IMG/VR virus record: IMGVR_UViG_3300045963_000153
Coordinates: 64,001 to 85,679 of that record
Strand: one strand, 5' to 3'
DNA from: a virus
Lineage: Duplodnaviria > Heunggongvirae > Uroviricota > Caudoviricetes
Length of the DNA stretch: 21,679 nucleotides
Within the stretch, counting starts at the first letter, position 1. The number at the start of each line of letters is the position of its first letter. Positions 15,449 to 21,679 of the stretch are shown piece after piece. Below the pieces are notes generated by a model that was given only the letters and a program-made list of their open reading frames with translations, was not told the origin of the DNA and did not search any database. The translations under genes were made by a program, and so were the position numbers.

Positions 15449-16970
15449 TGACTTCTTCCTCAAATTCTGTAACTTCCATAAAATCACTTAACTTTTTTTG
15501 TGCTGCCCAATTAATAGTAAATTCAAGAATCTCTCTACCTTTAGCGGTAATAAATTCAGCACAAGGCATACTATTGAATAGCAAGCCAGAAGCCCCCATA
15601 AAGCCATAAAAGCTGTTTAGAATACCTTTAGCTGTTGTATCCATCTCTTTCCAATAGTTATCTCCAGTTTCTGCTGCAAGCTTTTTATACTCTAACCGCT
15701 TCTCTCTAAAAATCTTGACCATTTGAAGTAGATATGCTTTTGGATCTTTGTCGCTATCATATACTTCATATTGAATCATAATAGATGGATATAGTGCTGC
15801 CAAATCGATCTTAAAACAATTTTTATAAAGCCCCGGAACACCAAACGAAATTGCTCCTTGAAACTTCTGTGCTTCATCTGCCTTTGGTAACGAGTGACCA
15901 TCTTGTAAATATGCTCTTACCATCATTCCATTAATTTTACTACCACTTGCGGATAGAAGAATTTCTGTAAATGGTTTTGGCATCATTGGAGCCATATTAA
16001 AATATAGTGGCCCCATATAATCCCAAATTTTTACTGCATCTTCAGCATCTTCAACTGCATATTGTTTAATTTTAGCCCACTCTGTAGGATTTTTATAATG
16101 ATCCCTAATTGATCCGGCATCATAATATTGTCTGCCTTCTTTTTCAAACCCAAGCTGTTTGATCATCGGTTTCAAAGCATAACTTTCAATGCTTTTAGAA
16201 ACATCAAAACTACTTGCTAGAAAAAATGTATCTACAATTTCTCTACCATATATAGTTACACCTTTATATAAAAGTTCTCTGGTTCCATCTAAACGAAATT
16301 TAGAATCATAATTATTAAATTGTATTGTAGAATTATCTCTCCCCATTTTAAGTTCAGTTTCCAATGTATCACATCTGTTTTGCAAATATGGAAAGTCGAA
16401 AGTTAAAATATTATGACCAACAATTAAAGATGGATTACATTTTCTAACGTATTTACAAAAATCAATAATCATATCTTTTTCAGAATTATAATTATCATAT
16501 GCAAATAATTTATTTACTTGTGAGTTTTTATCTCTAAATGTTGTTGAAATTAATAAAATTTTGGCATCTTTATCTAAACCATCTAATCCTGTAGTTTCTA
16601 AATCGAAAGATAATAAACTAATCTCTTTAAATGTTAAATCTCGGAAAAAAGTAATTCCATCTTTTAGCATGAATGCTTCTTCATTATTATAACAAGAATA
16701 GATATCATTATTTCTGTTTATAGCACGAAATCTTTGCCAATCAGCCTTTTCTTTAAATTGATAACCATATTTATAATAAAGATTCCCACTCATACGAGCA
16801 GCATTCTTACTTAATTTATTATGAGATAAAACCCAATACCGATTGTCTCTAATTTCAGAATTGATATTACCATCTATATCTTGTATAAAGATTTCAGCAG
16901 TACCATCTTTAACTTCAAGACCAACAACTCGCCTTAAATTTGATTTACCATAGATAAGTGAATCATTCAT
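15441..16970 (-). CDS. polB: Family B DNA polymerase, N-terminal subunit (3'-5' exonuclease plus motifs A and B), 509 aa
   Basis: ExoI FDLETTG, ExoII GHNILTFDFPYL, ExoIII YAVED, motif A DLAALYPS, motif B KGILNSFYG, ITAKGR; stops before motif C. Start set at ATG 16970 (ATGA overlap). Confidence 0.92.
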   Translation of the reverse strand: MNDSLIYGKSNLRRVVGLEVKDGTAEIFIQDIDGNINSEIRDNRYWVLSHNKLSKNAARMSGNLYYKYGYQFKEKADWQRFRAINRNNDIYSCYNNEEAFMLKDGITFFRDLTFKEISLLSFDLETTGLDGLDKDAKILLISTTFRDKNSQVNKLFAYDNYNSEKDMIIDFCKYVRKCNPSLIVGHNILTFDFPYLQNRCDTLETELKMGRDNSTIQFNNYDSKFRLDGTRELLYKGVTIYGREIVDTFFLASSFDVSKSIESYALKPMIKQLGFEKEGRQYYDAGSIRDHYKNPTEWAKIKQYAVEDAEDAVKIWDYMGPLYFNMAPMMPKPFTEILLSASGSKINGMMVRAYLQDGHSLPKADEAQKFQGAISFGVPGLYKNCFKIDLAALYPSIMIQYEVYDSDKDPKAYLLQMVKIFREKRLEYKKLAAETGDNYWKEMDTTAKGILNSFYGFMGASGLLFNSMPCAEFITAKGREILEFTINWAAQKKLSDFMEVTEFEEEVNV

Positions 16971-17353
16971 GATATTGGCTCCCAACGTAAAATCGTAATT
17001 CTTTTTAATTCTTCGTCTGTAAATACTTCTTCATGATCCATGCAATGGTCTAATGGACCAAATTTTTTAGCACATTCTAAATATGCTTGTCTATAACAAT
17101 AAACTCTCCATTTTCCAATTAATTTACCAAAAACTGGAGTAAGAAAATAATAATCAATAAATCTACACCATTTTGGAAGTCTATAATAATAATGCATAGG
17201 ATAAAATATATCATTTAAAGAAAAATCATAAGTTAAATGAGCATACCACCTAGTATCACCCCATTTTTCTTTAATTTGACCAATAATCATTCCACGTTTA
17301 GCCCATTTATAAAAAATATTTAATGCTGCACCTATATTATGATTAGGTTTCAT
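16967..17353 (-). CDS. Conserved hypothetical phage protein (QIKEKWG..R.Y family), 128 aa
   Basis: QIKEKWGDTRWY resembles the widespread phage QxKEKFGxLRxY motif of unknown function. Start set at ATG 17353, overlapping the upstream stop. Confidence 0.7.
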   Translation of the reverse strand: MKPNHNIGAALNIFYKWAKRGMIIGQIKEKWGDTRWYAHLTYDFSLNDIFYPMHYYYRLPKWCRFIDYYFLTPVFGKLIGKWRVYCYRQAYLECAKKFGPLDHCMDHEEVFTDEELKRITILRWEPIS

Positions 17354-17567
17354 TTTCTGATTCCCAAGTAAAAAAGTAAACTGCATTATTTACAACTTTT
17401 CTATCATCATTATCATGATGACAATAATTCTGTTCATTGATTGGAGGATACATTCCTATACTTTCTAAAGTTTTTAGAATAGAATCTGCTAATTCGTATG
17501 CTTCTACTGAATTTGGGTTTGTGGGTAATTTACCAACAATTAAATCTAAAGCTTCCGATCTTTTCAT
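17343..17567 (-). CDS. Hypothetical phage protein, 74 aa
   Basis: Coupled at both ends. ADSILKTLESIGMYPP..WE pattern recurs in small phage proteins. Confidence 0.65.
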   Translation of the reverse strand: MKRSEALDLIVGKLPTNPNSVEAYELADSILKTLESIGMYPPINEQNYCHHDNDDRKVVNNAVYFFTWESENET

Positions 17568-17764
17568 TTTTGCTCCCTTTCTAAAACTAATTCTCTCTTA
17601 TTACAATTTAACATATCTCCATCTTCAAGTAAAACAACAACCATATTATCTGCTAAGATTTGAACAATCGTACCAACTAATAAACCGTCAATCTTTTTTG
17701 TTCTTACCTTTTGATCCAATTTTGTTAGAATTACTACTGTGTCGCCCAATTTCACGTTGTTCAT
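17564..17764 (-). CDS. Small SH3/KOW-like beta-barrel protein, up to 66 aa
   Basis: KLGDTVVI..GTIVQI..VVVLLEDG pattern. The GTG three codons in may be the real start (AAGGA 9 nt upstream). Confidence 0.6.
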   Translation of the reverse strand: MNNVKLGDTVVILTKLDQKVRTKKIDGLLVGTIVQILADNMVVVLLEDGDMLNCNKRELVLEREQK

Positions 17765-17906
17765 TCCTTCTATATTTTAACATCTCATGTTCCATTGCAC
17801 AATATCTATTACAATATTCTTTTTTGTGAATAGATTGTTCATACATCTTTCCACAAAACATGCAAGTACCACTAAATAATTTTGTTTTTTTAGTTAAAGG
17901 AGGCAT
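17688..17906 (-). CDS. Small zinc-finger protein (CxxCG..YCxxxC), 72 aa
   Basis: CMFCG..YCNRYC. Its C-terminal tail overlaps the next gene by 77 nt. Confidence 0.55.
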   Translation of the reverse strand: MPPLTKKTKLFSGTCMFCGKMYEQSIHKKEYCNRYCAMEHEMLKYRRNEQREIGRHSSNSNKIGSKGKNKKD

Positions 17907-18219
17907 CTCTTTTTGGATTCTTAAGAAGTTCTTTTAGTTTATCTGAATCAGATTTAGGTTCTTCAATTTCTTCATTGTGAATTTCTACATGCACAATAAA
18001 TTCTTTTTTAATAGCTTGATGAACTTCATCTGCGCTATGACCCAAATATAAATAAGTTTCATCTTGCTCTAAAAGATATCCAACTGCAATCATTGGTGTT
18101 TTATTTACTTCCGTCATTTCTACACTTGCAACTGTATTTTCTGTATCTTTATTTAAAACAATAATTACATATTGTCCTGCAAAAATATCAAAAAACATAT
18201 CGCTACTCTTTTTTGCCAC
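17890..18219 (-). CDS. Putative Sm/LSm-like fold protein, 109 aa
   Basis: Start moved from 18345 to GTG 18219, just after the helicase stop and with GGAG upstream. GQYVIIVL..GYLLEQDETYLYL..AIKKEFIVHVEI resembles Sm1 and Sm2 motifs. Confidence 0.5.
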   Translation of the reverse strand: MAKKSSDMFFDIFAGQYVIIVLNKDTENTVASVEMTEVNKTPMIAVGYLLEQDETYLYLGHSADEVHQAIKKEFIVHVEIHNEEIEEPKSDSDKLKELLKNPKRDASFN

Positions 18220-18223
18220 GATG

Positions 18224-20140
18224 CTATCTCCATTGGTTGTCTGTTTGTTCACTATCTCGTTCTTCTCTAATTCCTTGTAATTCTTGTCTATCTTCATCAG
18301 TAAGAGTAGAAAACGTACCAGATAATCCATGCCAACCAAAATCAAGAGAAAATAATTTACCCATACGATTCTTTAAACAAGAAACTGTAGCAAATTTATC
18401 CATTTCTGGATTTCTTGGATTATATCCCGGTCGGTTCATTCCAAGCATAGCACTAACAGATTGAGCAATTGCTCCAGATCCTTTAGCACTATTATAAGAT
18501 TTAACTTCATCACTTGGAGAACCTAATAGCTTATTAGGTTGAAATAAACTGAATACACAAATATCCATACTTTGAGCAATCTCACGCATTTTTTGAGCAA
18601 CATGAGCACTTGATTGAGTAGGATCTGAATAATCAGTAATAACCAATTCGTTATAATCCATAACCATAAATTTTACTTTCTGGCCTGTGGTATCTTCTGC
18701 CTCTTTAATAGTATCAATAATGTCTGGAACATTTTGTCCAGTCTTAAAACAGAAATTAACGTTCTTATATTCTTGGCTAATTTTTTCTTTAACAATATCA
18801 CGGAAGTTTTTTTCATGTTTAAATTTATGAAACATGACTTCGGGTGTAATGTTAAAATGTTTTTGAACTAACTTTTGATAAACAATAGGTGCATACATAT
18901 CATACGAAAAGAATACACTACTATTGTTTTGATTACTCATGTTGTTTAGAATTTGTAATGATAGAGAAGTTTTACCAACTCCGGGACTAGCAACAAGACC
19001 AGAACTCATACCGACAGTTAAACGTAAATTATCATCTAGCTCTGGAATACCAGTTTTAATTGTCAAATTATCAATGTTGGTAGCATAGTTTTCAAAACTA
19101 TCAAATGCTGTGCTAACACTTGTAATATTTGCGTCAGTCAGATTATTCCAACGAATCTTATGCTTTTCACAAAACTTAGCAAGCCAAGGATTATTCTTTG
19201 GAGAATATGATCCACCCTCCCAACGATCAGAGTAAATTGAACCATGAATAATATCTTTCCAAAGTTCTTCTTTATCGAACTCTGAGCTTCCTGTACGCCC
19301 AGCCTGAGCCTTTAAACTCTTTTTACATAGGTAATATGTGGCTTCCTTATCAAACCCCATGCTACGGCATTTTGCGGCTAATACCATTAGAGCATTATGA
19401 CGTTCGCCACTTTCATAATGACCTTCAAGAATTGCATAAACATAATCTTGCCATCCTTTAGGTTTCTTTGAAAAATCTAAAGCTGGAGAAATAATTGAAG
19501 ATGCTTCTTTCTTTTTTTCTACAGTAAATAGTGTTTCGGGTAATTTATTAGCAGTGACATCAAAATTATTGTTAACTTTAGTTTTTGCTAAAGCTTTAAT
19601 TTGATCTACAGTCATTTCGTCAATTTCAGCAATATGAAGTGGAATTTTGTATAAACCAGATTTTGGATTTAAAGAATTATCAATTCGTACAATTCTAGCT
19701 GGATCTGAAACGCTTGGATCATAAGTATTTAATCCTTGTGCAATAAGCCCCGTTGCTTTTTTAAATTGTTCTGGATTGATCTTTTTGTTTAATTTGATCG
19801 AAGCGTGGAATCCTTTATTACCAGAGAAAGCACAAATAATATTATCTGGTTCAATTCCATATCCATCAATAAGTCTAGTGCAAAGTTCAATGGTATCTTT
19901 TTTTGCAGCTTCAATATTATCTTTTGAATCAAAATCCCAAACTAATGTATCTGTAAGAACATCAGTAATCCCTGCAATAGATCCGGTTGATTCGACCTTT
20001 TTCTTTTGTTCTTCTGTGTAAGCAAAAATTGATTGGTATGCTTCTTTACCGTCGTTGAGTTTGTTAATTTCTTCTTGAGTTAAAAGTTTTGGCTTATCGT
20101 TTACTTTATTCTTAAAGTTGTAATACATGTTGTTATTCAT
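18224..20140 (-). CDS. Fused AEP primase(-polymerase), PriCT and SF4 (DnaB-like) helicase, 638 aa
   Basis: AEP motifs WDFD, FSGNKGFH and YDPSV; PriCT-like GERHNALMVLA; Walker A ASPGVGKTS, Walker B MDY, H3 FQPNK, H4 KGSGAIAQ and arginine finger KNRMG. Confidence 0.92.
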   Translation of the reverse strand: MNNNMYYNFKNKVNDKPKLLTQEEINKLNDGKEAYQSIFAYTEEQKKKVESTGSIAGITDVLTDTLVWDFDSKDNIEAAKKDTIELCTRLIDGYGIEPDNIICAFSGNKGFHASIKLNKKINPEQFKKATGLIAQGLNTYDPSVSDPARIVRIDNSLNPKSGLYKIPLHIAEIDEMTVDQIKALAKTKVNNNFDVTANKLPETLFTVEKKKEASSIISPALDFSKKPKGWQDYVYAILEGHYESGERHNALMVLAAKCRSMGFDKEATYYLCKKSLKAQAGRTGSSEFDKEELWKDIIHGSIYSDRWEGGSYSPKNNPWLAKFCEKHKIRWNNLTDANITSVSTAFDSFENYATNIDNLTIKTGIPELDDNLRLTVGMSSGLVASPGVGKTSLSLQILNNMSNQNNSSVFFSYDMYAPIVYQKLVQKHFNITPEVMFHKFKHEKNFRDIVKEKISQEYKNVNFCFKTGQNVPDIIDTIKEAEDTTGQKVKFMVMDYNELVITDYSDPTQSSAHVAQKMREIAQSMDICVFSLFQPNKLLGSPSDEVKSYNSAKGSGAIAQSVSAMLGMNRPGYNPRNPEMDKFATVSCLKNRMGKLFSLDFGWHGLSGTFSTLTDEDRQELQGIREERDSEQTDNQWR

Positions 20141-20181
20141 TTAATTTATTCCTTTCATTTAATAAATTAGTTCTTTCTTAT

Positions 20182-20219
20182 AAAAAACCCCCCTACGCCA
20201 GAAAGGTAACGTAGGAGGG
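20182..20219 (-). terminator. Intrinsic terminator upstream of the primase-helicase
   Basis: On the minus strand CCCTCCTACG / CGTAGGGGGG forms a 10-bp stem (one G-U), followed by TTTTTT. Confidence 0.85.
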
Positions 20220-20253
20220 AAGGCGAAGTACAAAAGGATAATCTCCCCCGAAA

Positions 20254-20565
20254 TTATACGTCTTGTACTAGAGTGACCGTTGCAATAACAAAGTCTTGCG
20301 ACACAAGATCAATAATCTTGTCTGCCACAGTTTCAGATAATTTACCAGCAGCTTTTAATGATTCAAGTTCTGCTACCTTGTTCTTTTGTGTGGTGAATTG
20401 GAGGTAATCACCAGCATTAAGAACAATACTTTTTCCATCTTTAGGGTTTAAGCTAACACGAATTGATGCCTTAGCTTCTGAAGGATCTTTATCTGGGAAA
20501 CGCTCCTTGAATTGTTTCAAGTTTGGTTTACAATAAAGTCCGATATCTGTATATTTCTTAGCCAT
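20254..20565 (-). CDS. Hypothetical protein, possible atypical SSB or replication accessory factor, 103 aa
   Basis: Located between ERF and the primase-helicase; alternating beta-strand-like segments. No motif recognised and no acidic tail. Confidence 0.55.
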   Translation of the reverse strand: MAKKYTDIGLYCKPNLKQFKERFPDKDPSEAKASIRVSLNPKDGKSIVLNAGDYLQFTTQKNKVAELESLKAAGKLSETVADKIIDLVSQDFVIATVTLVQDV

Positions 20566-20923
20566 TTTCTGTTTCTTCTTTCTTTGTTTTGTTTAATTCT
20601 TCAATTTGTTCTTGAATTACTTCCTGCATAACGAAGTCTCTCATAATCATCTTAGCATCCATTAAACGCTTTGACAATTGAAAAGCATTTTTTGCATTGA
20701 TACCATTAAAAGATTCATCAATATCTTCTAAAGGATATGCCATTAAAGCTACAGCTAAACGACGAGCATCTTTATTTGATAAACCTTTAGTCAATGCAAC
20801 AAATACAGGATATCCTTCAGTCCATACACGAACAGCAGCATCTTCTGGTGAAAGATTTGCATTTTGTTCTGCAATTTCTGTAACTTCTTCTACAGAAGGA
20901 ATATTATTTAATGTTTCTTCCAT
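20558..20923 (-). CDS. Hypothetical acidic helical protein, 121 aa
   Basis: Tiles between neighbours with an 8-nt overlap downstream. No motif recognised. Confidence 0.7.
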   Translation of the reverse strand: MEETLNNIPSVEEVTEIAEQNANLSPEDAAVRVWTEGYPVFVALTKGLSNKDARRLAVALMAYPLEDIDESFNGINAKNAFQLSKRLMDAKMIMRDFVMQEVIQEQIEELNKTKKEETENG

Positions 20924-20925
20924 AA

Positions 20926-21558
20926 TTATACCCAGTCTGTAGGTGTAGTTACTGCTTCACCGTTTACAATTGGTGCAGTATTAACTACCTCTTTTTTGGG
21001 TTTACGGAAATTAGAAGTTTTACCTGCAAGACTTGCTGGACTATTAGTAGTCGTAGCTTGTGATGCTGGAGTTTCTACTGCAACCTCAGTTTGTGGAGGA
21101 GGTGGGGGTGAAGCTGCTGCGACTTTTGCTGCTGGTGCAACATAAGTTTTTGCTGGAGCTTGGCGACCAGATGCAGTATTACCATCATCATCTTCTGCTG
21201 GAATGAATAGCATAGATTGTAATCCGAAACGACGAGCATACGTTTGTGCTGCTCCAAAAGATTGAGGATCATTTTGTTTTGCACAAATAACTTCAGTTTC
21301 ACTAACCAACATTTCTCCAGTATTAGAATGTACTAATGCAGTAATAATAAAATTTTTACCATCACGATGAGAAGCTGGTTGTAATACAACAATACCCTCT
21401 TCGTTTAGTGGTTCTTTTACTACTTCCATGACTGTAGGAAGATCCGCATAGCTAGATTTAAAAAATGGATTTTTTGCACCTTTAACTGCAGCACCCATTT
21501 TAACTTGAGCTTTTAACAACGCTTTTGTCAAATTACTAATATTTTCACTTGTTTTCAT
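20926..21558 (-). CDS. erf: ERF-family single-strand annealing recombinase, 210 aa
   Basis: KNPFFKSSYADL and the ERF signature PQSFGAAQTYARRF..AEDDDG, followed by a Pro/Ala-rich disordered tail. Confidence 0.92.
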   Translation of the reverse strand: MKTSENISNLTKALLKAQVKMGAAVKGAKNPFFKSSYADLPTVMEVVKEPLNEEGIVVLQPASHRDGKNFIITALVHSNTGEMLVSETEVICAKQNDPQSFGAAQTYARRFGLQSMLFIPAEDDDGNTASGRQAPAKTYVAPAAKVAAASPPPPPQTEVAVETPASQATTTNSPASLAGKTSNFRKPKKEVVNTAPIVNGEAVTTPTDWV

Positions 21559-21577
21559 ATTTGCCTTTCTTGTTTTT

Positions 21578-21605
21578 ATTATAGAACATCTAAACCATTA
21601 GACAA
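21578..21605 (-). promoter_or_regulatory. Sigma70-type promoter for the erf operon
   Basis: TTGTCT (21605-21600), 16-nt spacer, perfect TATAAT (21583-21578), then SD AAGG and the ATG at 21558. It lies inside the 3' end of the upstream gene. Confidence 0.55.
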
Positions 21606-21679
21606 GAGAATTACATGTAATCTTTCTTGAATAATGAATTTATCTGTATTGCTTTCAATGATACGGATCTCACCCGTTT
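21579..21679 (-). CDS. 3' end of an upstream gene truncated by the window edge (..TGEIRIIESNTDKFIIQERLHVILLSNGLDVL*)
   Basis: Open frame of 32 codons to TAA at 21581-21579. Confidence 0.55.
   Translation of the reverse strand, partial: TGEIRIIESNTDKFIIQERLHVILLSNGLDVL

Noticed and set aside
15485-15499. In-phase A_AAA_AAG slippery heptamer at the end of polB-N
   Set aside because: The -1 frame stops after two codons (VK*) and the +1 frame also stops, so no fusion is possible. No stimulatory hairpin is seen and A-runs are common here. It would only remove the PIP-like tail; revisit if proteomics shows a short form.
7351-20565. Recurrent 8-nt start/stop overlaps (7351, 8280, 8626, 9140, 15441, 20558)
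   Set aside because: Ordinary translational coupling in compact phage operons.
13483-20676. Further + strand TTGACA hexamers inside genes (13483 and about 20671)
   Set aside because: No acceptable -10 box at 16-18 nt. They show the hexamer arises by chance here.
8033-21302. ORFs 8033-8263, 13123-13323, 15415-15609, 17437-17829, 18213-18464, 19776-20021, 20697-20942 and 21075-21302
   Set aside because: Wholly or mostly overlap well-supported genes and lack independent support.
1-21679. Stop-codon reassignment
   Set aside because: Genes tile densely under the standard code. TAA, TGA and TAG (for example at 8280, 12800 and 18224) all end genes at sensible positions, and no suppressor tRNA is present.
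1-21679. CRISPR array, att site, integrase or IS ends
   Set aside because: No regularly spaced repeats, recombinase or transposase motifs were seen. The tRNAs are internal to the operon with no duplicated 3' end in the window.

Overview
AT-rich fragment of a tailed dsDNA phage, probably podovirus-like, with a Gram-negative host inferred from the lytic transglycosylase, a beta-barrel-type C-terminus and a GT9 enzyme. It has two convergent gene blocks whose stop codons abut at 6286/6287. The + strand block (39-6286) holds three glycine-zipper internal virion/ejection proteins, the largest with a lytic transglycosylase domain flanked by an exact 19-bp direct repeat, and a small holin-like gene. 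The - strand block (21679 to 6287) is the replication and accessory module. It encodes an ERF recombinase, a fused AEP primase-SF4 helicase, and a family B DNA polymerase split into two separately initiated genes with a small Zn-finger gene between them. Downstream come two tandem tRNAs (a canonical tRNA-Asn(GTT) and an atypical tRNA-Gln(TTG) that scanners may miss), a GT9/TibC-like glycosyltransferase and SAM methyltransferase pair, an Rnl2-type RNA ligase, an HExxH peptidase, a DEDD exonuclease, dUTPase and three HNH nucleases. No CRISPR array, rRNA, integrase or IS element was seen. All calls come from motif reading by eye; no database search was run.
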